DNA of 64,000 bases from a bacterium (GTDB lineage Bacteria > Bacillota_I > Bacilli_A > RFN20 > CAG-826), in the NCBI GenBank assembly GCA_029098125.1, contig JAQXNS010000077.1:8445-72444 (forward strand). The letters run 5' to 3'. Position 1 is the stretch's first letter; the number at the start of each line of letters is the position of its first letter. The notes under the pieces are model-generated. The model saw only the letters and a program-made list of their open reading frames with translations. It had not been told where the DNA came from and did no database searches. Below, in pieces: positions 19,529 to 29,538 of this stretch. Both the position numbers and the translations under genes were made by a program.

Positions 19529-20092
19529 TTATTTCTTACCAGCACGTTTTCCTTCTTTACGTAAGACATTTTCGCCAACGTAACGGATACCTTTTCCTTG
19601 ATATGGTTCAGGTTTTCTGATTTCTCTAATTTGAGCAGCAACTTGACCGACTTTGAATTTATCGCTTCCAGATACTTCGATGAAACAGTTAATATCTTTT
19701 GATTTTGTATCAATAACTTTGATAGTAACACCATCCATTGGAGAAATTGTAACTGGATGAGAGTAACCGACGTATAAAACAACATCTTTACCCTTCATTT
19801 CAGCTCTATAACCAATACCGATAATTGCTAATTTTTTAACGAAGCCTTCGTGGCATCCTGTACAAGCGTTTTGAATTAATGCACGAATTGTACCATGCAT
19901 AGCTTTTACAGATTTTGTGTCGTTTGCACGTGTAACTTTTAAGATACCGTCATTAATTTCGACACCAAGGACTTTTGAATCGAATGCGATTTTATCTTCA
20001 CCAAATTTTCCTTTAATATCAACAAAACCTTCACCGATTGTTACATTTAATCCTTCTGGAATATGGATGAGTTTATTTCCTATACGTGACAT
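19529..20092 (-). CDS. rplF: 50S ribosomal protein L6
   Basis: MSRIGNKLIHIPEGL and PEPYQGKGIRY. Confidence 0.96.
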   Translation of the reverse strand: MSRIGNKLIHIPEGLNVTIGEGFVDIKGKFGEDKIAFDSKVLGVEINDGILKVTRANDTKSVKAMHGTIRALIQNACTGCHEGFVKKLAIIGIGYRAEMKGKDVVLYVGYSHPVTISPMDGVTIKVIDTKSKDINCFIEVSGSDKFKVGQVAAQIREIRKPEPYQGKGIRYVGENVLRKEGKRAGKK

Positions 20093-20107
20093 AAATCTAT
20101 CCTCCTA

Positions 20108-20506
20108 TTACCATACGAAGCAAATGACTTCACCACCGACATTTTGAGCTCTACAAGCTTTATCAGTAAGAAGACCTTTACTTGTTGAAATAATTGCAAT
20201 TCCAAGACCTTTGAGAACGTAAGGGACATGTTTACTGTCAGTTGTAACTCTTAATCCAGGTTTTGAAATTCTCTTTAAACCGGAAATGACTTTTTCGCCT
20301 GTTGGACCGTATTTTAATACGATTGAAAGAGTTTTCTTTCCAGTTTTATCTTTTGTTTCTTTATAACTTGTAATGAATCCTTCGCTTAATAAGATTTTTG
20401 CAATCCCAACTTTCATAGTTGATGAAGGCATAGAAACTGTTTCATGATGTAAAGCATTAGCGTTTCTAATTCTTGTAAGCATATCTGCTATTGGATCTTG
20501 ATGCAT
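20108..20506 (-). CDS. rpsH: 30S ribosomal protein S8
   Basis: [13 protein letters not shown] and GGEVICFVW. Confidence 0.96.
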   Translation of the reverse strand: MHQDPIADMLTRIRNANALHHETVSMPSSTMKVGIAKILLSEGFITSYKETKDKTGKKTLSIVLKYGPTGEKVISGLKRISKPGLRVTTDSKHVPYVLKGLGIAIISTSKGLLTDKACRAQNVGGEVICFVW

Positions 20507-20522
20507 CTTCTATTCCTCCTAA

Positions 20523-20708
20523 TTACCATGATGATTTTTTCATGCCTGGGATTTCACCCTTATAAGCAAGTTCACGAATACAAACTCTACAAAGACCGAA
20601 TTTTGAATAAACGCTGTGTGGTCTACCACATCTTGCGCAACGTGTATATTCTCTGACTTTGAACTTTTGTGGTCTTGATTGTTTAACCTTTAAACTAGTT
20701 TTTGCCAT
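20523..20708 (-). CDS. rpsN: 30S ribosomal protein S14, short Zn-ribbon (type Z) form
   Basis: 61 aa with CxxC...CxxC ([20 protein letters not shown]). Confidence 0.95.
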   Translation of the reverse strand: MAKTSLKVKQSRPQKFKVREYTRCARCGRPHSVYSKFGLCRVCIRELAYKGEIPGMKKSSW

Positions 20709-20722
20709 ACTGTTATCCTCTA

Positions 20723-21319
20723 TTATTTATTGAAAGGCATACCTAACTCTTTTAATAGAGCGTAAGCTTCTTCATCTGTATTAGCTGTAGTGACAATTGT
20801 AATGTCCATACCTCTAACCTTTTGAACCTTATCATAATTGATTTCAGGGAAAATTAATTGTTCTTTAATTCCTAAAGTATAATTTCCTCTGCCATCAAAT
20901 GAGTTTTTACTAACACCACGGAAGTCTCTAACTCTTGGGAGAGAGATTGAAACTAACTTATCGAAGAATTCATACATTCTGACTCCTCTTAAAGTTACTT
21001 TACATCCGATTGGTTCACCTTCTCTTAATTTAAAGGTTGCGATACTCTTTTTAGCCTTTGTAATGACTGGTTTTTGACCAGTGATAAGTGCTAATTCTTC
21101 AACAGCTTCTTCAATTCTCTTTTTATCTTGAGTTGCATCACCAACACCAATATTGATTGTGATTTTTTCAAGATGTGGAACTTGCATAATTGAAGTATAT
21201 TCGAATTGCTTCATTAATTTTGGAGCAATTTCTTTTTTGAAAGATTCAATTAATCTTGTTGTACTAGGAGCTTTATGACTAGCTGTTTCAGTTTTTGTTG
21301 TTTTCTTTGTTTCTGCCAT
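20723..21319 (-). CDS. rplE: 50S ribosomal protein L5 (short N-terminal extension)
   Basis: L5 core ([17 protein letters not shown]). AAGGAGAA SD. The N-terminus MAETKKTT is shared with rplV. Confidence 0.95.
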   Translation of the reverse strand: MAETKKTTKTETASHKAPSTTRLIESFKKEIAPKLMKQFEYTSIMQVPHLEKITINIGVGDATQDKKRIEEAVEELALITGQKPVITKAKKSIATFKLREGEPIGCKVTLRGVRMYEFFDKLVSISLPRVRDFRGVSKNSFDGRGNYTLGIKEQLIFPEINYDKVQKVRGMDITIVTTANTDEEAYALLKELGMPFNK

Positions 21320-21330
21320 AACTTTCTCCT

Positions 21331-21642
21331 TTATTTAACTTCCTTCTTAGAAGATTTCATAAATCTTACTTTTTTACCATCTTTACCTTCTTTATATCCA
21401 AGTCTTGTTCCTTTTTTTGATTTTTCATCATAGAACATGACGTTTGAAGCATCGATTGGTGCAAAGATTTCTTGAATACTTCCTTCAGGATTCATTTGAT
21501 TTGGTTTTACATGTTTTTTGCAAACATTAACGCCATCAACGATAACTCTGTTTTCTTTTGGGAAGACTTTTTGGATTGTTCCAATGCTTCCTTTGTCTTT
21601 ACCAGAGATAACGATTACTTTATCACCTTTTTTAAGTTTCAT
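21331..21642 (-). CDS. rplX: 50S ribosomal protein L24
   Basis: [21 protein letters not shown] motif. Confidence 0.95.
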   Translation of the reverse strand: MKLKKGDKVIVISGKDKGSIGTIQKVFPKENRVIVDGVNVCKKHVKPNQMNPEGSIQEIFAPIDASNVMFYDEKSKKGTRLGYKEGKDGKKVRFMKSSKKEVK

Positions 21643-21657
21643 ATTTCCTTTACCTCC

Positions 21658-22032
21658 TTATAAGACTTCAGGAGCAAGAGAAACGATTTTCATAAAAGTT
21701 TCACCTTTTTCTCTTAATTCTCTTGCGACTGGTCCGAATACACGAGTTCCGACTGGTGTCTTATCTTCATTAATAATAACGCATGCATTATCATCAAATC
21801 TGATTGTTGAACCATCTTTTCTTTCAAGTGGATAACTTGTTCTGACAATAACTGCTTTGACAACGCTACCTTTTTTAACTTTTCCATTTGGGATAGCATC
21901 TTTTACAGCACATTGAACAATGTCACCGACTGAACAACTTTTTCTGTGGCTTCCGCCATAGATTCTGAATACTCTAACTGAACGAGCACCGCTATTATCA
22001 GCAACAACTAAATTTGTTTCTGTTTGTATCAT
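21658..22032 (-). CDS. rplN: 50S ribosomal protein L14
   Basis: [17 protein letters not shown]. Confidence 0.97.
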   Translation of the reverse strand: MIQTETNLVVADNSGARSVRVFRIYGGSHRKSCSVGDIVQCAVKDAIPNGKVKKGSVVKAVIVRTSYPLERKDGSTIRFDDNACVIINEDKTPVGTRVFGPVARELREKGETFMKIVSLAPEVL

Positions 22033-22034
22033 AA

Positions 22035-22352
22035 TTATTCGGCCTCCTTCTCTTCTTCATGGAGAACTTCTTTGAGTTCTTCGCTTTCAATAACTTTAAT
22101 GCTTTCAAGAGCTTTTTGATCTACTGAAATAAGTACGAATCTCTTTAAAGCACTAAGTGGTCTGCATTCTTCGATTGTAACGACATCTCCAACATGTGCG
22201 ATTTCGTTTTCATCGTGCGCATAATATTTATTTCTGAATTGAACTCTCTTTTTATATTTTGGGTGTTTTCTATAACCTTCCATTTGGACGACAATTGTTT
22301 TTGCGCTCTTGTCGCTAACAACTACACCTGTAATTCTTTTCTTGTGATCCAT
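22035..22352 (-). CDS. rpsQ: 30S ribosomal protein S17 (acidic C-terminal tail)
   Basis: [14 protein letters not shown]...[13 protein letters not shown]. Confidence 0.95.
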   Translation of the reverse strand: MDHKKRITGVVVSDKSAKTIVVQMEGYRKHPKYKKRVQFRNKYYAHDENEIAHVGDVVTIEECRPLSALKRFVLISVDQKALESIKVIESEELKEVLHEEEKEAE

Positions 22353-22354
22353 AA

Positions 22355-22564
22355 TTAGTTGCCTTCCTTATTCATACCGAGTTCTCTTTCTCTTAAGACT
22401 GTGTAGATACGAGCGATGTCTTTTCTAATTCTCTTAAGTTCGAGCATGTTATCAAGATTACCAACGGCTTTCTTTCTTCTTAAATTGAATAATTGTTCTT
22501 TGAGGGAATAAACTTGATTATTTAATTCTTCAGTAGATAATTCTCTAACTTCTTTAATCTTCAT
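22355..22564 (-). CDS. rpmC: 50S ribosomal protein L29
   Basis: ELRELSTEELNNQVYSLKEQLFNLR. Confidence 0.94.
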   Translation of the reverse strand: MKIKEVRELSTEELNNQVYSLKEQLFNLRRKKAVGNLDNMLELKRIRKDIARIYTVLRERELGMNKEGN

Positions 22565-22567
22565 AAA

Positions 22568-22984
22568 CTACTTTGTCTCCTCTTTACTTACAATTCTTGT
22601 ACGGAGTGGTAATTTATAGCTAGCTTGACGTAATGCTTCAACTGCTATATCTTTTGGTACTCCGCCAATTTCAAACATAACTCTATTCTTTTTAACGACT
22701 GCAACCCAGTATTCTGGACTACCTTTACCAGAACCCATACGAACTTCAGCTGGTTTTTTAGTTTTAGCTAAGTGTGGGAAGATTCTGATATAAATTTTTC
22801 CTTCACGTTTTGTGTAACGTGATAAGACAATTCTGCAAGCCTCGATTTGTCTATCGGAGACCCAGTTTCCACTTGTTGCTTGGAGACCATATTCACCAAA
22901 TGCAACAGTATTACCACCTTTAGATAATCCTTCATATCTAATAATATGAGGACGTCTGTATTTAACTCTCTTTGGTTGTAACAT
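22568..22984 (-). CDS. rplP: 50S ribosomal protein L16
   Basis: [11 protein letters not shown] and [16 protein letters not shown]. Confidence 0.97.
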   Translation of the reverse strand: MLQPKRVKYRRPHIIRYEGLSKGGNTVAFGEYGLQATSGNWVSDRQIEACRIVLSRYTKREGKIYIRIFPHLAKTKKPAEVRMGSGKGSPEYWVAVVKKNRVMFEIGGVPKDIAVEALRQASYKLPLRTRIVSKEETK

Positions 22985-22986
22985 AA

Positions 22987-23673
22987 CTATTCTCCTTTTG
23001 TTTGGCTATCAGCTTCAACATTTCTAGGATTAATTTCAATTTCACCACGGCAAATCCAGACTTTGACACCTAATTTTCCATAAGTTGTCATTGCTTCTCT
23101 TTGTGAGTAATCAATATCACTTGTTAATGTATTGATTGCCATAGTTCCTTCTTTATATCCTTCAGTTCTAGCAATATCAGCGCCAGCTAAACGACCAGAA
23201 ACTGCAGTTTTACAACCTTTAGCTCCTGCTTTTCTAACTTGAGCGATTGCTTTCTTTTGAACGATTCTGAAGCTTGCACGAGCTTCAAGTTGTGCGCAAA
23301 TTGAATCAGCAACGATTCTTGCATCAAGGTATGGTTGTTTAACTTCAACAACGTCAATCTTGACTGCGCAATTTAACATTTTGACAAGGTTTTCAGTTAA
23401 TTTGTTAATATTTTCACCTTTTTGTCCGATAACTGTACCAGGTTTTGCAACGAAGACGATTACACGAACGAAATAACCTTTATCATTTTTCTTTCTTTCG
23501 ATTTCGATATGAGATAATTGTGAATCTCTACCGATTTTCTTTTCTAAGAATTCTCTGATCTTAATATCTTCAGCTAAGAAACGGGAATAATCTTTATCAG
23601 AAGCATACCATCTTGAGTTCCAGTTTTTATTAAGACCAACTCTCATTCCTACTGGATTAACTTTTTGACCCAT
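22987..23673 (-). CDS. rpsC: 30S ribosomal protein S3
   Basis: [15 protein letters not shown] domain, [10 protein letters not shown]. Confidence 0.97.
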   Translation of the reverse strand: MGQKVNPVGMRVGLNKNWNSRWYASDKDYSRFLAEDIKIREFLEKKIGRDSQLSHIEIERKKNDKGYFVRVIVFVAKPGTVIGQKGENINKLTENLVKMLNCAVKIDVVEVKQPYLDARIVADSICAQLEARASFRIVQKKAIAQVRKAGAKGCKTAVSGRLAGADIARTEGYKEGTMAINTLTSDIDYSQREAMTTYGKLGVKVWICRGEIEINPRNVEADSQTKGE

Positions 23674-23678
23674 ATTAA

Positions 23679-24290
23679 CTACTCCTTGATTCTTTCTTTA
23701 ACTGTAACGTAGATGTTACAGAATCTCTTGACTAAACCGCTTGCACTTCCTTTAGCTCTTGGAAGATATCTTTTCATTTTTACACTATCACTTGCTTGAA
23801 TTGATGCGACGTATAATTTTTCGCCATCTAATCCGAAGTTATTTGTTGCATTTGCCATTGCTGATTTAATAACTTTAGCTACTGCTGTACTTACTGAGTG
23901 ATGTGAATTGAATAAGATTCCGAGTGCTTCGTCACAATCTTTTCCTCTGACAAGATCAATGACTAATCTACATTTTCTTGGAGTACATTTGACATTGATT
24001 GCTTTTGCTGTTGCGCTTGTGACTACTGGTTTTACAACCTTTGGTTCTTCTTTCTTTTCTTCTTTAACAGCTTTTGGTTTTCTTGTGCGTTTTGCAGGAG
24101 CTTTAACTTCTTCAACTGTTTCAGTTGCTACAGTTTCTTCTGCTTTAGCTTCTTCAGCTGCAGCTTTCTTAGTTGTTTTTGCTTTAGTTGTTGTTGATTT
24201 TTTAGCTGTTGTCTTTTTAGGAGCTTTTACTTTAGCTTCAGTTTCTACAGTTTCGACTGTTTCTGTAGTTTTCTTTGTTTCTGCCATCAT
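23679..24290 (-). CDS. rplV: 50S ribosomal protein L22 with about 92-aa Lys/Ala/Thr/Glu-rich N-terminal extension
   Basis: The canonical L22 core starts near ATAKAINVKCTPRKCRLVIDLVRGK. No internal Met lies near the core start. AGGAGG SD directly before the ATGATG at 24285-24290. Confidence 0.92.
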   Translation of the reverse strand: MMAETKKTTETVETVETEAKVKAPKKTTAKKSTTTKAKTTKKAAAEEAKAEETVATETVEEVKAPAKRTRKPKAVKEEKKEEPKVVKPVVTSATAKAINVKCTPRKCRLVIDLVRGKDCDEALGILFNSHHSVSTAVAKVIKSAMANATNNFGLDGEKLYVASIQASDSVKMKRYLPRAKGSASGLVKRFCNIYVTVKERIKE

Positions 24291-24302
24291 CTATCCTCCT
24301 AA

Positions 24303-24611
24303 CTATTTCTTGATACCAGCTGCTTTCATTGCTGCTGCCTTATCTTCAGCGTTATTACCGAAGTGACCTTTGTATGTTCTTGTTGGAGCAAATTCACCAA
24401 GTTTGTGTCCGACCATATCTTCAGTTACATAAACTGTAATGAATGCATGTCCGTTATAAACAGCGAAAGTGTGTTCAACAAATTCTGGGAAAATTGTACT
24501 TCTTCTTGACCATGTCTTAATGACTGCTTTTTTGTTTGATGCGTTTAATGCTTCAACTTTTTTCATTAAGCTTTCATCAACAAATGGTCCCTTTTTTAAA
24601 CTACGTGCCAT
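24303..24611 (-). CDS. rpsS: 30S ribosomal protein S19
   Basis: [12 protein letters not shown] and [16 protein letters not shown]. Confidence 0.97.
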   Translation of the reverse strand: MARSLKKGPFVDESLMKKVEALNASNKKAVIKTWSRRSTIFPEFVEHTFAVYNGHAFITVYVTEDMVGHKLGEFAPTRTYKGHFGNNAEDKAAAMKAAGIKK

Positions 24612-24629
24612 TTTATTCCACTCCTTTCA

Positions 24630-25460
24630 CTATCCATTCTTTCTCTTAATAATAAGCTTTGAACTTGCTTTCTTAACTTTTCTTGTCTTGACACCAAGAG
24701 CTCTCTTACCCCAAGGTGTACGAGGTGCATCTCTACCGACAGGACATTTACCTTCACCACCACCGTGTGGGTGATCTGGTGGGTTCATTGCGCTACCTCT
24801 AACTGTTGGTCTAGTACCTAACCATCTAGTTTTACCAGCTTTACCTAAGTTAATAAGGTTGCAATCTTCGTTACCAACTACACCGACTGTTGCCTTACAT
24901 TCACCAAGTAATTTTCTTGTTTCACCTGATTGAAGTCTGACGATGACATATTTACCATCTTTACCTAAGATTTGAGCTGAACAACCAGCACTTCTACAAA
25001 GTTGTCCACCTTTCTTTGGCATTAATTCAACGTTGTGAACAAATGTACCTTCAGGAATGTTTTTAAGTAATAATGCATTACCTACAACAATATCGACTTC
25101 ATCGCCAGAAACAATTTTGTCTCCAACTTTTAATCCTTTTGGTTGGATAATGTATCTTTTTTCACCATCGAAGTAATTAATTAATGCGATGTGAGCATTT
25201 CTGTTTGGATCGTACTCAATAGCTGCTACTCTACCAACTATGCCATCTTTATTTCTCTTGAAATCGATGATTCTGTACTTTCTTTTGTTTCCGCCGCCTA
25301 TATGACGAGTTGTGATAACACCTTGTTGGTTTCTACCACCACTCTTTTTAAGTGTAACGACTAAACTTTTTTCAGGAGTAGATTTTGTAATCTCTTCAAA
25401 ACTTAATGTTGTCATTGCACGTCTTGAAGGAGTATATGGTTTATAATTCTTAATAGACAT
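24630..25460 (-). CDS. rplB: 50S ribosomal protein L2
   Basis: [16 protein letters not shown] and [14 protein letters not shown]. Confidence 0.98.
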   Translation of the reverse strand: MSIKNYKPYTPSRRAMTTLSFEEITKSTPEKSLVVTLKKSGGRNQQGVITTRHIGGGNKRKYRIIDFKRNKDGIVGRVAAIEYDPNRNAHIALINYFDGEKRYIIQPKGLKVGDKIVSGDEVDIVVGNALLLKNIPEGTFVHNVELMPKKGGQLCRSAGCSAQILGKDGKYVIVRLQSGETRKLLGECKATVGVVGNEDCNLINLGKAGKTRWLGTRPTVRGSAMNPPDHPHGGGEGKCPVGRDAPRTPWGKRALGVKTRKVKKASSKLIIKRKNG

Positions 25461-25489
25461 TTTTAATCTCCTATATATAAGTTAATCGA

Positions 25490-25810
25490 CTATTCTGCGT
25501 AAAGGTTAATTGTTTCGCCTTCTTTAATAGTGACAATTGCTTTTTTATAAGCACTTAATGAACCTTTATAACGTGTTCCTCTTGAAAGTAATTTTGCAGG
25601 AACATTAATTACGTTTACGCCAGTAACGTGGACGTTATAAATGTTTTGAATAGCGTTTTTAATTTGAATTTTGTTAGCACCTTTTTTTACAACAAATGTG
25701 TATTTGTTATCTTCGCTTGAAGCTGTGACACTTTTTTCAGTGATTACTGGTCTGATAATTACATCAAAGTCAGCAATTGATGCTCTCTTTGTGACGTTTT
25801 CGTTAGCCAT
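25490..25810 (-). CDS. rplW: 50S ribosomal protein L23
   Basis: DVIIRPVITEKS motif; position between rplD and rplB. Confidence 0.94.
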   Translation of the reverse strand: MANENVTKRASIADFDVIIRPVITEKSVTASSEDNKYTFVVKKGANKIQIKNAIQNIYNVHVTGVNVINVPAKLLSRGTRYKGSLSAYKKAIVTIKEGETINLYAE

Positions 25811-26433
25811 TATTTGAGAACCTCCTCGATTTTCTTAACATCATCAGCAACGACTAAGACTTTTGCAAAGTTTAATAAGTCATAAACGCTGATATTTCCA
25901 ACTGTTCTAAATCCAACATTGCTGAGGTTGCCAGCTGCTTGATAAACGAGTGGATCACTTGTAATAATAAGTGTTTTAGCGTTTTCAAGTTTTAATGCTT
26001 TAAGAACTGCGACCATTTCTTTTGTCTTACCTGAAACTTTTAATGAATCAAGAACGACTAAGTCTTCTTTTGCTTTAAGTGAGAATGCACTCTTTAAAGC
26101 AAGTTTGTGTTGTTTTTTGTTTTGTTTGATTTTGAAATTTTGAATTCCTGTTGGGCCAAATACTGTTCCGCCGCCAACCCAGATAGGTGAACGTGTTGAA
26201 CCAGCTCTAGCTCTACCAGTTCCTTTTTGTCTCCAAGGTTTCTTACCACCGCCGCTAACTTCGAATCTTTTCTTTGTTTTAGCTGTTGCTTGACGTGAAT
26301 TTGCTTCGCTAACTAAGACTGCATCGAACATGACTTGTTGATGAGGCTCAATTCCGAATACATTTTCAGAAACGCTAAGTGAGGAAACTTCAGTACCATC
26401 TTGGGAATAGACTTTTAAATTTAAATCTGCCAT
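25810..26433 (-). CDS. rplD: 50S ribosomal protein L4
   Basis: GGGKKPWRQKGTGRARAGSTRSPIWVGGG. Confidence 0.97.
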   Translation of the reverse strand: MADLNLKVYSQDGTEVSSLSVSENVFGIEPHQQVMFDAVLVSEANSRQATAKTKKRFEVSGGGKKPWRQKGTGRARAGSTRSPIWVGGGTVFGPTGIQNFKIKQNKKQHKLALKSAFSLKAKEDLVVLDSLKVSGKTKEMVAVLKALKLENAKTLIITSDPLVYQAAGNLSNVGFRTVGNISVYDLLNFAKVLVVADDVKKIEEVLK

Positions 26434-26447
26434 AAGTTTCTCCCTTC

Positions 26448-27140
26448 TTATTCAGCTGTTTCAGCCTTTACACTTCTGTCGATTACTGGTTTGACAGCAT
26501 ATTTTTGTAAGCTTGCTTTAACTGCTGATCTAATCTTAACAATTGATTTCTTTGCTCCAGGTACGCCACCTCTAACGAGGATGTAACCTTTTTCAGCATC
26601 TGTTTTAACAATAATTTGATTTAAAACTGTTGCGCTTTGATTTCCCATGTGTCCTGACATCTTTTTGCCTGGAATAACGCGGTTGTTGCATCTACCATTG
26701 TTAGCAAATGAACCTTGACCTCTGTGGTATCCGCTTCCGTGTCCTTTAGGTCCAATTTTGTGTCCCCATCTTTTAATGACACCAGCATAACCTCTACCTT
26801 TACTCTTTCCGATGATGTCGACGATTTCGCCTGCTTGGAATAAGTCAGCTTTAATTTCTTGTCCAACTTCGTATCCATTCATTTCATCGCCTTTAAGTTC
26901 GAATAAGAATTCTTTTGTAGTTGTGTTAGCTTTAGCGAAAATGCCTTGTCTTGCTTTAGTTAATCTTGAAGCTTTCTTTTCTTCGTAACCAACTTGAATA
27001 GCATCATAACCATCTCTTTCAACTGTTTTCTTTAAAGTAACGACGTTTGGTAAGACTTCAATAACAGTAACAGCATACATTGTTCCATCTTCTGTGTAGA
27101 CTTGAGTCATACCCATCTTTCTACCGATGATTTCTTTCAT
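26448..27140 (-). CDS. rplC: 50S ribosomal protein L3
   Basis: IIGRKMGMTQV and KGRGYAGVIKRWG. Confidence 0.97.
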   Translation of the reverse strand: MKEIIGRKMGMTQVYTEDGTMYAVTVIEVLPNVVTLKKTVERDGYDAIQVGYEEKKASRLTKARQGIFAKANTTTKEFLFELKGDEMNGYEVGQEIKADLFQAGEIVDIIGKSKGRGYAGVIKRWGHKIGPKGHGSGYHRGQGSFANNGRCNNRVIPGKKMSGHMGNQSATVLNQIIVKTDAEKGYILVRGGVPGAKKSIVKIRSAVKASLQKYAVKPVIDRSVKAETAE

Positions 27141-27153
27141 GTGTCTTACCTCC

Positions 27154-27465
27154 CTATAACTTCATATCAATATCAACACCACTTGGGAGATCCAATCTTC
27201 TTAATGCATCGATTGTCTCGTTGTTTGGATTTTGGATATCGATAATTCTCTTATGAGTTCTGATTTCGAATTGTTCACGTGAATCTTTGTATTTGTGAAC
27301 AGCTCTTAAGATTGTGTAAACTTGTTTTTCCGTTGGTAATGGAATAGGTCCGATTACACGAGCACCTGTTTTTGTAATTGCATTTACAATCTTTGAAACA
27401 CTCATATCAAGTACTTTGTGATCATAAGCTTGTAAACGAACTCTAATCTTTTTGACTTTTGCCAT
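27154..27465 (-). CDS. rpsJ: 30S ribosomal protein S10
   Basis: [14 protein letters not shown]. The ATG at 27465 is preceded by an AAAGGAGAA SD; the track start at 27483 lies inside that SD region. Confidence 0.96.
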   Translation of the reverse strand: MAKVKKIRVRLQAYDHKVLDMSVSKIVNAITKTGARVIGPIPLPTEKQVYTILRAVHKYKDSREQFEIRTHKRIIDIQNPNNETIDALRRLDLPSGVDIDMKL

Positions 27466-27580
27466 GAATTCTTCTCCTTTCACTACTTACAAGTTATTAG
27501 CTCTGTGCGAATTCCCTGACCATCTCATGACAACGCTTGTGGGTGTATCAGCAACCTCGCACTTCATTGCTTTTTGTAAG
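27466..27580 (-). promoter_or_regulatory. Structured 5' leader of the S10 operon (nested helices)
   Basis: On the minus-strand RNA, CUUACAA (27580-27574) pairs with UUGUAAG (27492-27486). Inside that, GUGCGA pairs with UCGCAC, and there are further small hairpins (ACAA-GCG-UUGU). The SD follows immediately. Confidence 0.35.
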
Positions 27581-27587
27581 CTTCAAA

Positions 27588-27617
27588 ATTTTACTATAAA
27601 CAAAGCTCTATAGTCAA
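27588..27617 (-). promoter_or_regulatory. Sigma-70-type promoter of the S10-spc-alpha operon
   Basis: On the minus strand: TTGACT (27617-27612), an 18-nt spacer, then TAAAAT (27593-27588). Confidence 0.5.
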
Positions 27618-27706
27618 CACATTTTTAGCATTTTTTTCATTATTTTTTCGAACTTAAAAAAGTCGCAAAAAAATGATGTTTTTTGCATAAAATTGATAAA
27701 AAATCG

Positions 27707-28702
27707 CTATTTTATATTAAAAATTTCAGTTTTTGTTACTCTGATTGATTCAGAGATTTCCATATTATTAAGAGCAATTTTTGCAACATCTTCCCATGGT
27801 GTATTTTGATACACAACTTCATTAGCGATTAACCAAAATTGTTTAAAAATTTGATGAAAAACAACTTTTTTATCTAATTCGTTATTGCCTTTTTTAGTAG
27901 TCAAATACATATACCACAAGAAATATAATTTAATAAAAATTGGCAATTTGAACCTAATATTATTAGCATATGAGTAGAGTTTTGCTATGGCATAACCAGA
28001 TAAAAATGACTGAACAAATGAAAAAGTTGCACCACTGCCCGTTATCGATTCTTCTCTTTGCCTATAGAAATATAAACGGTCATTTATACACATTATTTTA
28101 TTAGCCTTAGCAAAAATCATGTATGAAAAAACAAAGTCTTCAATAACTTTTTTATTGTCGATAAATTCAATTTTGTTATTTATCAAAAAAGATCTTTTCA
28201 CTAATTTAAGCCATGCATAAGAACGAATGCCGATATCATTCATTAGCATTTTAAGTGCTTTTTTTGAACTTATTAGTTTATTTGGAGCTAAAAATGAAGA
28301 GATAAACTTAGAGGTATTTCCATTTTTATACATAAAATAATTGCAGCAAACCACATCTGCACGAGATTCTTCTGCACTATTGTATAAATTCAATAAATAA
28401 TTTTTATCCACAAAATCATCGCCGTCAACAAAAGCAACATATTCACCTCTTGCTTTTTTTAGTCCATCATTCCTTGTAAAAGATAAATTTTTATTATTTA
28501 CATCAAGTCGAACAAAAATATCAGGTCTTAAACTAACAAACCTATCAATGATTGATGGAGAAGTATCGTTTGGAGAGTCGCTAACGCAAATAACTTCATA
28601 CTTTTTTGAAAAAGTTTGGTACAAAAGTGAATTCAAACATTCTTCTAGATATTTATCTACGCCATGAATTGGAACAATCACGCTAATTTTAATATCTTCC
28701 AT
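27707..28702 (-). CDS. Family 2 glycosyltransferase
   Basis: ISVIVPIHGVDKYLEECLNSLLYQTF and FVDGDD (DxD), typical of the GT2 N-terminal domain. Confidence 0.8.
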   Translation of the reverse strand: MEDIKISVIVPIHGVDKYLEECLNSLLYQTFSKKYEVICVSDSPNDTSPSIIDRFVSLRPDIFVRLDVNNKNLSFTRNDGLKKARGEYVAFVDGDDFVDKNYLLNLYNSAEESRADVVCCNYFMYKNGNTSKFISSFLAPNKLISSKKALKMLMNDIGIRSYAWLKLVKRSFLINNKIEFIDNKKVIEDFVFSYMIFAKANKIMCINDRLYFYRQREESITGSGATFSFVQSFLSGYAIAKLYSYANNIRFKLPIFIKLYFLWYMYLTTKKGNNELDKKVVFHQIFKQFWLIANEVVYQNTPWEDVAKIALNNMEISESIRVTKTEIFNIK

Positions 28703-28704
28703 AA

Positions 28705-29346
28705 TTATCTAATTGAAAACTCACATCCGCAAAAATCTTGTCGATAGACGTTTTCTTTTCCCCCAATCTTCACTCCAATGTCTTGACCATTTTCTTTTTT
28801 AAAATCAAATGGAACAAAAAAACACTTCTCTTGTCCTTTTGAAATCTCTTTTCCTATCCTATTTATATATATAGCATCTTTATTTCTAGAAATAGACATA
28901 ATTGTTGAAAAAGAATCAAAACTATTGTTTCTTGCAAAATCAAATGTTTCAGCAAGTCGTTTAGCTATGCAGATTTTACATCTTTGCCCGCCTTCTTTTT
29001 CATCTTTGTACTTTAATAGATTAACTCGAAATTTTTCATAATCATAATCAGAAACAATTATTTTTATATCTGAATTGAATAATTTATTTAAAAAATGAAC
29101 ATGATTCTCTAAAGCATCAAGTCTTTTTTTAAACTCTTCATAAGAGAAAATATTTGAATTTGTAAAATATATTGTAATATCAAATAAATCAATTAAATAG
29201 ATTAAAGGATAAATTGAGCACGCTCCACAGCAAACATGAACTAAAAGTTTTGGTTTGTTATTTATCTTTTTTAGTTCTTTATATGTCTTTAAAAAATCGT
29301 CTTTTTTTAGGGTTTCAATCATGTCAAAAATATAGCACAAACCCAT
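28705..29346 (-). CDS. queH: Epoxyqueuosine reductase QueH (DUF208)
   Basis: LLVHVCCGACS near the N-terminus and YRQDFCGCEFS at the C-terminus match the QueH pattern. The true start may be the internal Met at 29322. Confidence 0.8.
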   Translation of the reverse strand: MGLCYIFDMIETLKKDDFLKTYKELKKINNKPKLLVHVCCGACSIYPLIYLIDLFDITIYFTNSNIFSYEEFKKRLDALENHVHFLNKLFNSDIKIIVSDYDYEKFRVNLLKYKDEKEGGQRCKICIAKRLAETFDFARNNSFDSFSTIMSISRNKDAIYINRIGKEISKGQEKCFFVPFDFKKENGQDIGVKIGGKENVYRQDFCGCEFSIR

Positions 29347-29492
29347 TAATTATTAAAGAAAATAAGTCTCTAATTCCATCGATTTATAGCGGTTAAATTA
29401 TTAAACTATTTTTCAAAATTAGAGCTAAAATTTTTTACACATAAATTTCCACATCACAAAGCGATGAAAATAGGTGGACCGCCCTCATGAAT

Positions 29493-29538
29493 TCTAAGAT
29501 TAAATGCAACAAAATTTTAATTTGTTGCATTTCTTAGA
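29493..29538. repeat. Long imperfect hairpin/palindrome in the 776-bp spacer
   Basis: TCTAAG-att-AAATGCAACAAA / loop ATTTTAA / TTTGTTGCATTT-CTTAGA. This gives 18 paired positions with one 3-nt bulge. No flanking T-tract on either strand. Confidence 0.7.

Noticed and set aside
23908-24366. 152-aa plus-strand ORF, plus similar ones at 18674-18973, 21518-21835, 24469-24774, 14448-14705 and 16758-16979, all antisense to ribosomal protein and secY genes
   Set aside because: They lie fully inside highly conserved minus-strand genes. Their composition is low-complexity, mirroring the codon bias of the real genes. None has an SD. They are artefacts of open antisense frames.
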